From positions 23,746,001-23,810,000 of the forward strand of contig OX597840.1 of the NCBI GenBank assembly GCA_951406725.2: 64,000 nucleotides of DNA. The letters run 5' to 3'. The position numbers and the translations under genes are program-made. This DNA comes from Octopus vulgaris (lineage: Eukaryota). Shown one piece after another: positions 15,381 to 26,697 of the stretch. The notes beneath the pieces were generated by a model. That model had not been told where the DNA came from, searched no databases, and saw only the letters and a program-made list of their open reading frames with translations. Numbering within the stretch: the first letter of the stretch is position 1; each line of letters starts with the position of its first letter.

Positions 15381-15685
15381 TATATATTTCCATCAACTTT
15401 AATCATTGTCAATATCTGAGGGGGCTGCCAATTCCTTTGCAATCCAGGTTTAATTAGAATACAGGATTGGTTTTCTTGCACCCATTCCAGGCAGTGAAGT
15501 ACAGAAATGCTGCTAATAATCACACACCCAAAGAAAATCTTTTACAATTCTATAATCGATTTATATAAACAGGGTAATATTTCTTGTGTGTAGCATCTTA
15601 GTTTCATCTTAAACAATATATCATATATATTCATGATGTGTTCGATGTAAAATCTTCTTTTATGCTAAATATCCTCTCTGATACT

Positions 15686-15710
15686 CTGAAATAAAAAAGA
15701 AATAATATGA
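15686..15710 (-). promoter_or_regulatory. 3' splice acceptor of the ZNF coding exon (paralogs 27288, 41159, 52740)
   Basis: Minus strand tatttcttttttatttcAG|agtatc, identical in all four cassettes. Confidence 0.65.
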
Positions 15711-16019
15711 GATATAGAATATACTTGAAAAGTAAAGATTAAATAATGAAAATTTTATTACGTTTTTATACTGATAAACTGGAGATATAAACCTTTAGCT
15801 GGCCAAATAAACGTTAACACGTCAGTCTGACAAACAAACAAGGAGATTATAAGGTAGTCATGGGATGTGCTAAAACTAATAGCTAAATAGCTCTTAAATC
15901 ACGCAGCAATTTTAAAAATTTTGTTTTGGTTTTTGCACAATCCTATGAATTACAAATTCGCAAGAGTTTTCTAAAAATTCCCAAAAAGTTTTGAACCAAC
16001 AAAGAATTTACGATTTACA

Positions 16020-16411
16020 TCTGCTGTTTGTTTGTTGAGCGAAGCGGTCTTCGTCCCAGAGCTCGCAAGAGGGAAGAAGTCGGAAACGGGGTCCTTTGCT
16101 ATTCGTAAGACCCGCAGAAGAGAAAGCAGGTCAGCCCCCCCCCCCGACACCGAGAGCATCGACGGATGGATGAATGCGCATCCAGGCTCGGCGGTTGCGT
16201 AGGAAGTCGGGGGACAAGAAACAGGAAGAAAGAGTGAGAGAAAGTTGGGGCGAAAGAGTACAACAGGGATCGCCACAACCCTCTGCTGGAGCATCGTGGA
16301 GCGTTAGGTGTTTTCGCTCAATAAACACACACAACGCCCAGTCTGGGAATCGAAACCGCGATCCTCCGACCGCGAGTCCGCTGCCCTAACCACTGGGCCA
16401 TTTGCGCCTCC
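16020..16411 (-). mobile_element. tRNA-derived SINE family 3 (paralogs ~27620-28016, ~41490-41879, ~53070-53466)
   Basis: Head tggcccagtggttagggcagcggactcgcgg...ggtttcgattcccag with Pol III A/B boxes. Confidence 0.8.
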
Positions 16412-16527
16412 ACTTACATCTGTTTTATATGAAATACCAGAAGCTATTGTGTTAAAAAGAGCAAGGACTAACGTTTACTTTGAAACGGTTGATGATGATG
16501 ATGATGATATATATATATATATATATA

Positions 16528-16738
16528 TTTACTACCCACAAAAGGATAAACATAGAGGGGACAAACAAGGACAGACATAGGGATTAAGTCGATTACATCG
16601 AACCCAGTGCATAACTGGTACTTAATTTATCGACCCTGAAAGATGAAAGGCAAAGTCGACCTCAGTGGAATTTGAACTCATAACGTAAAGACACATGCAT
16701 TTCGCCCGTCGTGCTAATGTTGCTGCCAGCTCGCCACC
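16528..16738 (-). mobile_element. SINE family 1 (paralogs ~28123-28334, ~41987-42198, ~53568-53778)
   Basis: Head ggcgagctggcag, B-box gagttcaaattcc; inverted relative to 15186-15380. Confidence 0.8.
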
Positions 16739-16787
16739 TTCATATATATATATATATATTTGCGTATATATATATATATATATATAT

Positions 16788-19545
16788 CATCATCATCATC
16801 ATCGTTTAACGTCCGTTCTCCATGCTAGCATGGGTTGGATGGTTCGACCGGGGATCTGGGAAGCCAGAAGGCTGTACCAGTCTTATCTGGCAATGTTTCT
16901 ACAGCTGGATGCCCTTCCTAACGCCAACCACTCCGTGAGTGTAGTGGGTGCTTTTTACGTGCCACCTGCACAGGTGCCAGGTGAGGCTGGCAACGGCCTT
17001 GGTCGGATTGGCGTATTTTACGTGCCACCGGCACGGAAGCCACTCGAAACGGCGCTGGCATCGGCCACGAGTAGGATAGTGCTTTTTACGTACCACCAGA
17101 CCAGGGATCCTGGCTGGTTCAATTCGATTTCGATTTCGCTTGCCCCAACATGTCTTCGCAAGCAAAGGAGGGTTGGCATGGGTGCCTGTCGTCGGATGAG
17201 GTTCTATATCGACTTCGCTTGCCTCAACAGGTCTTTGTGTCCAAGGGAGGAAAGGCATTCATAAGTGGGCTGGGCTCACTTGTCCTGCCTGGTCTTCTCA
17301 CGTACAGCATATTTCCATAGGTCTCGGTCGCTGGTCATTTCCTCAGTGAGGCCTAAAGTTCGAAGGTCGTGCTTCAGCACCTCCTCCCAGGTTTTCCTGG
17401 GTCTACATCTTCAACGGGTTCCCTCAACTGCTAGGGATTGGCACTTTCTCACACACCTATCTTCATCCATTCTCGCCACATGTCCATACCAGTGCAATCG
17501 TCTCTCTTGCACACCACAACTGATGCTTCTTAGGTACAACATTTCTCTCAAGGTACTAACGCTCTGTCGAGTATGTACACTGACGTTACACATCCATCGG
17601 AGCATACTGGCTTCATTCCTCACAAGCTTACACATATCTTCAGCAGTCACGGCCCATGTTTCACTACCATGTAGCATGGCTGTTCGTACACATGCATCAT
17701 ACAGTCTGCCTTTTACTCTGAGCGAGAGGCCTTTAGTCACCAGCAGAGGTAAGAGCTCCCTAGACTTTGCCCAGGCTATTCTTATTCTAGCAGTTACACT
17801 TTCAGCGCACCCATCCCCACTACTGACTTGGTCACCTAGATAACGGAAGCTATCAACTACTTCTAGTTTTTCCCGCTGGAAAGTGACGGAAGTTGTTTTC
17901 TGCAGATTTTCGGAGGTTAATGCTCCCAAGCATCAGCCACATACAAAAACTATCTTCCCAGTTAGCCTACCTTTGACATTGCTGCACCCCTTATGTGTCC
18001 ATAGCTTACACTGGGTACATCTTATAGAGTTTCTACTTACACCTTTTCTACAGATCGAGCAGGGCCATCTTCCTGAAGACATTTGTGGATTGTCTACCTT
18101 CCTACTTATTAGTACTTTGGTTTTAGCTAGGTTGACTCTAAGGCCCCTCGATTCTAAACCCTCCTTCCACACCTGGAACTTCTCCTCTAGCTCTGATAGT
18201 GACTCAGCAATTAGAGCAAGGTCGTCAGCACAGAGGAGCTCCCAGGGGCAACCTGTCTTGAATTCCTCCGTAATTGCCTGGAGGACTATGATAAATAGGA
18301 GGGGGCTGAGTACTGAACCCTGGTGGACCCCAACCTCTACTTTGAATTCTTCTGTGTATGTGTTGCCAACCCTAACCTTACTTACGGCATCTCTGTACAT
18401 GGCTTGCACAGCCCTCACCAGCCATTCATCTATCCCTAGTTTCCTCATTGACCACCAGATAAGGGATCGGGGGACCCTATCAAAGGCTTTCTCCATGTCA
18501 ACGAAAGCCAGGTACAGGGGCTTATCTTTGGCTAGGTATTTCTCCTGCAGCTGCCTTACCAGGAATATAGCACCAGTGGTACTTTTCCCTGGCACGAACC
18601 CAAACTGCATCTCATCTAAACTAACTCTCTCTCTAATTAGGTGGGCTATGACCCTCTCCGTAACCTTCATTACCTGATCCAACAGCTTGATACCTCTGTA
18701 ATTATTTGTATCTAGGGCATCACCTTTACCTTTGTAGCAGTTGACTAGTATGCTGCTACACCAGTTTTTGGGTATGACTCCTTCATGTATCACCTGGTTG
18801 ACTATATGGGTGAATAGGTTATATCCGACACTGCCAGATGTTTTGAGCATCTCTGCAGTAATTCCTGATGGGCCTGGGGCTTTCCCTGTCTTCATGCTTC
18901 TAATTGCCTTAGCTACCACGGAACTATCAACTCGGATAGCTGGTCCCTCTGTTGGGTCAACATTCGGCAGACTCTCTTTATCCCATTCATTTTCTTTATT
19001 CAGCAACCTTTCATAGTGGCATCTCCAAACCTCTCTCTTTGCATCCTCATTTAGCGCAAGTGAACCATCATCCATGCGAACACACTTCTCTCCTACCACA
19101 TCACGATTCTCTCTCACACACTGTCTTGCAACACGAAATACCTCAAGTCTTTCATCCTCACGGCTCACAACATTGGCAAATTTTTTCTTATCCGCTTCCC
19201 CTCTAGCTAAATAAACATGTCTCCTAGCTTCCCTTCTGGCTGTCTGATACAATTCCCTGCTACCACCGTTCTTCCAGTCCCTCCAAGCCTGTTTCTTTTG
19301 TCTAATAGCCCTGTCCACCACCACGTTACTCTGGGTCGAGACGGAACTTTGCTCCATCCACAGATCTGGTCAGTGGCTGTCAGCAGATTGTCCCGTAGAA
19401 ATCTCCAGTTGTCTTCCACATTAAGTGAAGCTATATCCCCTTCTATTTCGTCAAAGGCTTCGAGTAGTATGTCTCTAAATCTCTGTCCATTTGCAGGATC
19501 TTTAAGCTTCCAGACCCATCTCCTCCAAGCTGGTCTTCTTCTGGG

Positions 19546-19547
<2 letters not shown>
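16788..19547 (-). mobile_element. 5'-truncated RTE-clade LINE (copy A), inactivated
   Basis: RT ORF pieces 17933-19357 and 17411-17929; YADD changed to CADD; stop at 17933; (GAT)n 3' tail; inserted in (TA)n. Confidence 0.93.
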
Positions 19548-19580
<33 letters not shown>

Positions 19581-19683
19581 TAAAACGGTAAGATAACAAA
19601 AGAAAGAAAGAAAGAGACCTCAATATTATGTAAATAGAGGAAATTTATCTATAAAATAATATGTTACATTTACTCAATAGTCA

Positions 19684-19746
19684 AGATAAAACTCTGAGTT
19701 TCAGATGCCGAAGTGGAAATCCACAACACCATCTCTTCGGTTATCT
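19684..19746 (-). ncRNA. Minimal hammerhead-ribozyme-like motif, variant core, in a Penelope-like remnant (paralogs 28503-28565, 42513-42575, 56739-56799)
   Basis: AGAUAA CCGAAGA GAUG..CAUC U GAAA CUC A GAG UU UUAUCU: 6-bp stem I, near-palindromic stem III, U4-to-C change and an extra U before GAAA. Confidence 0.5.
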
Positions 19747-20603
19747 GGCCATCTGAAAAAACGCTATCAAAAAATACCGTTATATAAAGGGAAATTACTG
19801 TATTATAATTCTGCGCGCGAAAACCCACGTGCGTACTTATACGTCACTATGGAAACATACACATCTTCACTCGCATTTTTCGCCAAATATATACAACCTC
19901 ATACACACACACATGCGTACCGTAAAAGTTCATACATACGTCTATATACGCACAAACACAAGAAAAACCATGGTTAAAGGTAACAGAAAAAACATAAGGA
20001 AGTATACAAAGCATAAAAACCACGTTCATATACGGACATGCCCCTATGCACTCATACACACACACACGCCCATATGTACATACCCGCACATATTTATATA
20101 CGCATACATACACACGCATATACAAAAAATGAATATATATATATGTCCCCCCCCCACAAAAAAATGGAAAAATACTAAGTAAAAACGTCTATATATATAT
20201 ATGTGCATTCTTATGCCCGCACACACACATATATATAAATATAGACATATATATGTATATACATATATATGCACATACACACACACAAAAGTTGGCGATT
20301 ACAAAGGAATTTCACAAGAATCATATATCTAGTAGAAGCCGCTTATTGTGATCATTTCCGTACAGCATTGGCCGACACCTAACAGATGACGTTAAACAAA
20401 TATAAAGTCTGAACCAATTCATTTCGATAACAATAACCGGCTGATAACGTTATCCGCTATTCCGATTGACCGCCACTCCATTCCTGCCCAGCCTACATCA
20501 ATACACAACAAACTACGGCATTTCTATAAATCGCAGTATTTGCTATACAACGTCTTCAATCAGATCGTATTCCTCTCCAATATATATACATATATATATA
20601 ATA

Positions 20604-20710
20604 ACTTACCCCTGATGCTTAATAAATAAATAAATATTTATTTACTTTCGATTTCGTCTCCAAAGAATCGAGGAAACGTGACAAGCCGGAAGTAAGGTGC
20701 GTCATGTGAC
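20604..20710 (-). promoter_or_regulatory. Inferred ZNF-A promoter, non-coding exon 1 and splice donor
   Basis: CCGGAAGT 20686-20693, TGCGTCA, GTCATGTGAC 20701-20710; donor GG|GTAAGT at 20609-20604 on minus. Confidence 0.65.
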
Positions 20711-20827
20711 TTAGACTCTTTAATATATGAAACCACAAAGAGTGCTGCTGACACAAAAGCGAAACTAAGAAGGAAGGGGGAACGTAATATTGTTGTTGAC
20801 TATCACCATGGTTACTGTCTGAGCGGA

Positions 20828-20893
20828 AGGCGCATGGCTCGGTGGTTAGCGCATCGGGCTATCAATCGCGAGTTAGTGAGTTCGATTCCCTGG
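20828..20893 (+). mobile_element. Isolated tRNA-like SINE head with Pol III A/B boxes (paralogs ~29683, ~43900, ~57895)
   Basis: TGGCTCGGTGG ... GAGTTCGATTCC, cut off at GGATCTTTTC. Confidence 0.6.
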
Positions 20894-21399
20894 ATCTTTT
20901 CGCTGTTCCACGTTGCCAGCGGAATTCTCGGCGACTCACGGGAATTCCGGAGCAAGGGATTCAGTTGGTCTTACACCTGAATCCTCATCGGCGAACGACG
21001 GGGATCCACGAAGTATAAAAATGTCTGTATAGAAATGGTGAGGATATTAAGAAATGGTTAATAGCAAAATGTGGGAAAGAAAAAAACTGGAATGGGCAGT
21101 GAAAAGGAAAACGAAACAGTGAAGGAAATTATATAACTTTGTTTAAGTAATTTTTTTTAGTCCTTCCTTTTTTCTGAGTTGTGCGTTAGATATGAAATTA
21201 GATATGAAATCATTCGTATCTAATTCCGGTCTCCTAATAATTATCAGTTATAAAGTGGAATTGATCAAGGAATAAAGATTTGTATGAAACTATAGCAGGA
21301 AATAAACGGAATTTGCAAGACTGAACGGTTAATGGACGAGGGGAAGTAACTCTTCCTTCAACAAAAGTCTTGAATATTTTTATATAGCTTCGGGTTTAA

Positions 21400-21990
21400 A
21401 TGACAATTAATTAATTCAACAAATTGTTAGAAAGGATCACAAAAGTACAGCCCCAAAATTACTGCAGGGCTTAATGACCGCCTCAAGAACCCAGTTTCCA
21501 CAAAAACCTTTTTGCTGGGAGCTGCACAAAGCCAGATTTCAAGGGAGGGCTGCAATCAGAAAACCACTACTTTCAAAAACAAACGTTGCAAAGCGTTTAG
21601 AGTGGAGTAAAAACCTACAGAAATGATCCCTAGAGCAGTGGAAGAATGTTATTTTCTAGGACGAGTCATCCTTTACCTTATTTCCGACCACCGGCCGAGT
21701 ATACGTGTGAAGAGAGCCAAAAAAGCATTTGACCCAGACTGCCTTCTTCCAACTGTTAAACATGGAGGAGGATCTGTAATGATCTGGGGAGCTATATCTT
21801 GGATATCTGCCAGCCCAATGGTTTCCCTTCATGGCAGAATTAATAGTCAAGACTATTTAAGCATTTTATCTGATCAAATTCATCCTATGGTTGTGGAATC
21901 TGCTTCTGGAGGGAAACACAAGCTTTCAGGATGATAATGCACCAATTCACACAGCTAAAGTTGTCACTGAATGGCACGAGGAACATTCAT
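21400..21990 (+). mobile_element. Tc1-like transposase fragment
   Basis: AIRKPLL, VIF*DES, PTVKHGGGSVMIWGAI, FQDDNAPIH; stops and frameshifts. Confidence 0.88.
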
Positions 21991-22221
21991 CAACCGTTTC
22001 AAAGTAAACATTAGTCCTTGCTCTTTTTAACACAATAACTCCTGGTATTTCATATACAGCAGATCTTTCCTTCTCCTATGTTTCCGACGAAGAGCTCCGC
22101 TCGAAATTTTAAACCCTCCTTTCCTGAGCGTCCAATAATACTATATTTGTTCCACGTCCTCGCATTGTTGGGCTTTTTTTGTGCTTTCTTGTTTGGATTA
22201 ACTATATATATATATATATAA

Positions 22222-22445
22222 CCGATTGTGGCCGCTGCCAGATTCCCCAGGCACCTGTGCCGGTGGCTTGTAAAAAACACCCACTACACTCGCGGAGTGG
22301 TTGGTGTTAGCAAGGGCATCCAGCTGTAGAAACACTGCCAGTCAGACTGGGCCTGGTACAGCCTCCTGGCTTCCCAGACCCCGGTCGAACCGTCTAACCC
22401 GTGCTTGCACGGAAAACGAACATTAAACGATGATCATGATGATAT
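22222..22445 (+). mobile_element. RTE 3'-end fragment with (GAT)n tail (paralog ~46735-46958)
   Basis: ggagtggttgg..agggcatccagctgtagaaa matches the 3' UTR of the RTE at 16788. Confidence 0.75.
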
Positions 22446-22520
22446 ATATAGAAATTAAAATCCAGGAAACAGAGAAGTAGCATTAATATAGTTTATTAAC
22501 TGCAAAAATTCAACATGTAC

Positions 22521-22597
22521 ACTTACAGCTGTTTCGATTTTGCTCAAAAGAAATTCCAATAATTAAAACATTTAATTGGGCAAAATCTCATCAGAGG
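22521..22597 (-). ncRNA. Minimal type-I hammerhead ribozyme motif (Penelope type)
   Basis: CUGAUGA, 8-bp stem II GAUUUUGC/GCAAAAUC, GAAA, palindromic ACAGCUGU, GUA triplet; stem I only ~2 bp. Confidence 0.65.
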
Positions 22598-22728
22598 AAT
22601 GAAAAAGACATATCGTTAGGTTATCACGTTATTCTTCCAAAACATCTCAACAGACTAAAACTTTTTTTTAATTACTGATATTCGTATAAATCTAGGCCAG
22701 TGGGTAACAGGTTGTATAAGGGTAATAA

Positions 22729-23441
22729 TCTTTATATATATAAAACTGAGAATGTGTGTCTGTCTGTCTGTGTTTCCCTAAAACTTGAGAACTACCCAAC
22801 CAATTTCATTCAAATTTTACACATGCCTTACTTAGGGTCCATGTAGTTTTATGGGCAAAAAAAAAACGTTCAACTTCTTGCCTAGAGCGAGCGCATAGCA
22901 ATATCATATCTTCTCCACTATTTCAGTATTACATGTTAAAAGTGAAACAAAAATATTTCTCTATTTTATGTCAGATGCTTTCACTTTAACAATAAAAATA
23001 ATAATAACAATTCAATTATATGTAGTAAGTAATAATTAAAATCAAACTAAAGTATAATATAATCGTAACATACAAAAGTAAAAATAGCAATTGGTATAAA
23101 ATTGCATCAATGATTTGAACTTGAATAAGTGGTTTCACATGAATGGGAATAAAGTAAAAATATAATTAGCGTGCAGAAATGGAATAGTCCAGAAGGATAA
23201 TACAAAATTAAATTAAAGAAAAGACTATTGTCTATAAAGTATACAATGTAGAGAAAAAAGAAGAGCTAACAATTCCAGTCTGTTATATATTTTGAGTATT
23301 GTTATCACAACCGACATCAAGATATAACTTTGTATTTTGCATTTTATGTGTAGATGTATATAGATAGATGTACTTGTAATATGTACACATATATACATGC
23401 ACTAGCACTATGACCCGGCAACGACGGGTCTTTAATGCTAG
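22729..23441 (+). mobile_element. Non-autonomous Helitron
   Basis: A|TC start, (GTCT)n near the 5' end, 3' hairpin GACCCG-n7-CGGGTC then CTAG|T. Confidence 0.8.
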
Positions 23442-23636
23442 TTGGTAAATAAATGGTAGATAGTGAGTTATATTTCTCACTATAATTATTTTATAATGTA
23501 TCGATTTAATTATTTTCTAATTTATCTATATCAGTTCAATCAATTTCTTTAACAAAGTTATAAATGTGATCACGTTGTTCTCTCATTCATATGATACTAT
23601 TTTTACTATAACTCACTAATCTAACATTTATTTAAT

Positions 23637-23880
23637 GCGGTTTCGATTCTCAGACCGGGCGTTGTGTGTGTTTATTGAGTGAAAACACCTAAAGCTCCAC
23701 GAGGCTCCGGCAGGGGGTGGTGGCGATCCCTGCTGTACTCTTTCTTCCTGCTTCTTGAGTAATGCTGCGATGGACTGGCGTCCTGTCCAGCTGGTGGTGT
23801 AACACATATCCCACAGAAACCGGGCCCATGAGCCTGGCTAGGTTTGTAAAGGGCGCATAAATAAATAAAAATAATAAATA
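23637..23880 (+). mobile_element. SINE family 3 variant with V-domain-like body (paralog ~48147-48390)
   Basis: ggtttcgattctcagaccgggcg head; gcgatggactggcgtcctgtccag; (TAAA)n tail. Confidence 0.7.
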
Positions 23881-23960
23881 TACTGGCATTTAATAAAACT
23901 GTGTAAGAGAATAATTTACCACAACTCAATTGCAAGAAGCACTTCCATCAAGTTAAGCTA

Positions 23961-23966
23961 TTTATT
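23961..23966 (-). terminator. Candidate poly(A) signal for ZNF-B (paralog 48471-48476 for ZNF-D)
   Basis: AATAAA on minus just beyond the 3' SINE, ~450 bp after the stop. Confidence 0.4.
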
Positions 23967-23984
23967 CGAGAGAATGATTTAGTA

Positions 23985-24402
23985 GAGGTGCAGGAGTGGC
24001 TGTGTGGTAAGTAGCTTGCTAACCAACCACATGGTTCCGGGTTCAGTCACACTGAGTGGCATCTTGGGCAAGTGTCTTCTGCTATAGCCCCGGGCCGACC
24101 AAAGCCTTGTGAGTGGATTTGGTAGACGGAAACTGAAAGAAGCCTGTCGTATATACGTATACACATATATGTATATATGTGCATGTGTTTGTGTCTATGT
24201 TTGTCCCCCTAGCATTGCTTGTCAATCGATGCTGGTGTGTTACGTCCCCGTCACTGAGCGGTTCGGCAAAAGAGACTGATAGAATAAGTACTGGACTTAC
24301 AAAGAATAAGTCCTGGGGTCGATTTGCTCAACTAAAGGCGGTGCTCCAGCATGGCCGTTGTCAAATGACTGAAACAAGTAAAAGAGAGAGAGAGAGAGAG
24401 AG
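23985..24402 (+). mobile_element. tRNA-derived CORE-like SINE family 2, full length
   Basis: ggagtggctgtgtggtaag, gggttcagtc, cttgggcaagtgtc (MIR-core-like), (GA)n tail abutting the ZNF-B stop. Confidence 0.85.
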
Positions 24403-24411
24403 AATATAGTG

Positions 24412-26697
24412 TTATGAATTATCACAGTATAGAGTAATTATCAAGGTTATGCTGTGATTATGAGAGAATGATTGGCCACAGGTACCACACTGAAAAGGCT
24501 TCTCTCCTGTGTGAATGTATTTGTGAGCAGTTAGGTTTTGATTCCGAGAGAATGACTTACCACAGATATCACACTGATAAGGCTTCTCTCCTGTGTGAAT
24601 GTATTTGTGAGTAGTCAAGTGGTGATTTCGAGAGAATGATTTACCACATATATCACAATGATAAGGTTTCTCTCCTGTGTGAATGTATTTGTGAGTAGTT
24701 AAGTTGCGATTCTGAGAAAATGATTTACCACAGATATCACAGTGATATGGTTTCTCTCCTGTGTGAATGTATTTGTGAGCAGTTAAGTGGTGATTTTGAG
24801 AGAATGATTTACCACAGATATCACAGTGATAAGGTTTCTCTCCTGTGTGAATGTATTTGTGTTTAGTTAAGTGGTGATTTTGAGAGAATGATTTACCACA
24901 GATATCACAGTGATAAGGCTTCTCTCCTGTGTGAATGTATTTGTGTTTAGTTAAGTGGTGATTCTGAGAGAATGATTTACCACAGATATCACAATGATAA
25001 GGTTTCTCTCCTGTGTGAATGTATTTGTGTTTAGTTAAGTGGTGATTCTGAGAGAATGATTTACCACAGATATCACAATGATAAGGTTTCTCTCCTGTGT
25101 GAATGTATTTGTGTTTAGTTAAGTGGTGATTCTGAGAGAATGATTTACCACATATATCACAATGATAAGGTTTCTCTCCTGTGTGAATATATTTGTGAGT
25201 GGCTAATTTGCGATTTTGAGAGAATGATTTACCACATATATCACAACGATAAGGTTTCTCTCCTGTGTGAATGTATTTGTGTTTAGTTAAGTTTTGATTT
25301 TGAGAGAATGATTCTCCACAGATATCACAATGATAAGGTTTCTCTCCTGTGTGAATGTATTTGTGAGTAGTTAAGTTTTGATTTTGAGAGAATGATTTAC
25401 CACAGATATCACAGTTATATGGTTTCTCTCCTGTATGAATACGTTTGTGAGTGGTTAGGTCACTATTACTAGAGAATGATTTACCACAGATATCACACTG
25501 ATAAGGTTTCTCTCCTGTGTGAATGTATTTGTGAGTAGTTAAGTAATGATTTCGAGAGAATGATTTACCACAGATATCACAATGATATGGTTTCTCTCCT
25601 GTGTGAATGTATTTGTGAGCAGTTAGGTTTTGATTCCGAGAGAATGACTTACCACAGATATCACAGTGATAAGGTTTCTCTCCTGTGTGAATGTATTTGT
25701 GAGTAGTTAAGTGGTGATTCTGAGAGAATGATTTACCACAGATATCACACTGATAAGGTTTCTCTCCTGTATGAATACGTTTGTGAGTAGTTAAGTGCTG
25801 ATTATGAGAGAATGATTTACCACAGATATCACAATGATATTGTTTCGCTCCTGTATGAATACGTTTGTGTGTGGTTAGGTTGCTATTTCCAGAGAATAAT
25901 TTACCACAGATATCACTGTGATATGGTTTCTCTCCTGTGTGAATGTATTTGTGAATAGTTAAGTGGTGATTACGAGAGAATGATTTACCACAGATATCAC
26001 AATGATATTGTTTCGCTCCTGTATGAAGACGTTTGTGTGTGGTTAGGTTGCTATTTCCAGAGAATGATTTACCACAGATATCACAGTGATAAGGTTTCTC
26101 TCCTGTATGAGTACGTTTGTGAATGGTTAGGACACTATTTCCAGAGAATGATTTACCACAGATATCACACTGATATGGTTTCTCTCCTGTATGAGTACGT
26201 TTGTGAATGGTTAGGTAGCCATTTTGAGAGAATGATTTACCACAGATATCACAATGATATGGTTTCTCTCTTGTATGAGTACGTTTGTGAGTAGTTAAGT
26301 GTTGATTCCGAGAGAATGATTTACCACAGATATCACAATGATATGGTTTCTCTCCTGTATGAATACGTTTGTGAGTGGTTAGGTCGCTATTTCCAGAGAA
26401 TGATTTACCATAGATATCACAATGACGATACGGCTCGACACCTGCGTGAATATGTTTATGTGTGGTCAAACGAACCTTTTCAGAGAATGATTTACCACAG
26501 ATGTCACAGCAATAGAGATCCTCTCCTGCATGGAAACATTTGTGAATCGTCTGTTCATCTTTGAGAAAGAAGGACTTGTTGCAGACATCACAGTGAAATG
26601 ATGTTTTCTCTTCTTCTTCTGTTTCATCTTCAGTAAAATCAATCCTTAACGACTGTGTATTACAATTAACCTCATTATCACGTAATTCATTTTCCAT
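24412..26697 (-). CDS. C2H2 zinc-finger protein copy B, 761 aa, ~25 fingers, uninterrupted
   Basis: Open ORF; ATG at 26697 ([10 protein letters not shown]; track started at an upstream TTG); TGEKPY-linked fingers; no KRAB/BTB/ZAD seen. Confidence 0.93.
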   Translation of the reverse strand: MENELRDNEVNCNTQSLRIDFTEDETEEEEKTSFHCDVCNKSFFLKDEQTIHKCFHAGEDLYCCDICGKSFSEKVRLTTHKHIHAGVEPYRHCDIYGKSFSGNSDLTTHKRIHTGEKPYHCDICGKSFSRNQHLTTHKRTHTREKPYHCDICGKSFSQNGYLTIHKRTHTGEKPYQCDICGKSFSGNSVLTIHKRTHTGEKPYHCDICGKSFSGNSNLTTHKRLHTGAKQYHCDICGKSFSRNHHLTIHKYIHTGEKPYHSDICGKLFSGNSNLTTHKRIHTGAKQYHCDICGKSFSHNQHLTTHKRIHTGEKPYQCDICGKSFSQNHHLTTHKYIHTGEKPYHCDICGKSFSRNQNLTAHKYIHTGEKPYHCDICGKSFSRNHYLTTHKYIHTGEKPYQCDICGKSFSSNSDLTTHKRIHTGEKPYNCDICGKSFSQNQNLTTHKYIHTGEKPYHCDICGESFSQNQNLTKHKYIHTGEKPYRCDICGKSFSQNRKLATHKYIHTGEKPYHCDICGKSFSQNHHLTKHKYIHTGEKPYHCDICGKSFSQNHHLTKHKYIHTGEKPYHCDICGKSFSQNHHLTKHKYIHTGEKPYHCDICGKSFSQNHHLTKHKYIHTGEKPYHCDICGKSFSQNHHLTAHKYIHTGEKPYHCDICGKSFSQNRNLTTHKYIHTGEKPYHCDICGKSFSRNHHLTTHKYIHTGEKPYQCDICGKSFSRNQNLTAHKYIHTGEKPFQCGTCGQSFSHNHSITLIITLYCDNS

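Noticed and set aside
19705-20286. ORFs repeated in all cassettes (MPKWKSTTPSL...)
   Set aside because: Frames and lengths differ among paralogs and run into TA/CA microsatellites; similarity reflects recent duplication
20828-20893. Functional tRNA gene
   Set aside because: A/B boxes present but no convincing acceptor stem; cut off by a transposon end
22083-22112. Plus-strand hammerhead (ccgacgaagagctccgctcgaaa; also ~46608)
   Set aside because: Core and stem III are mutated in both copies; treated as a dead Penelope remnant
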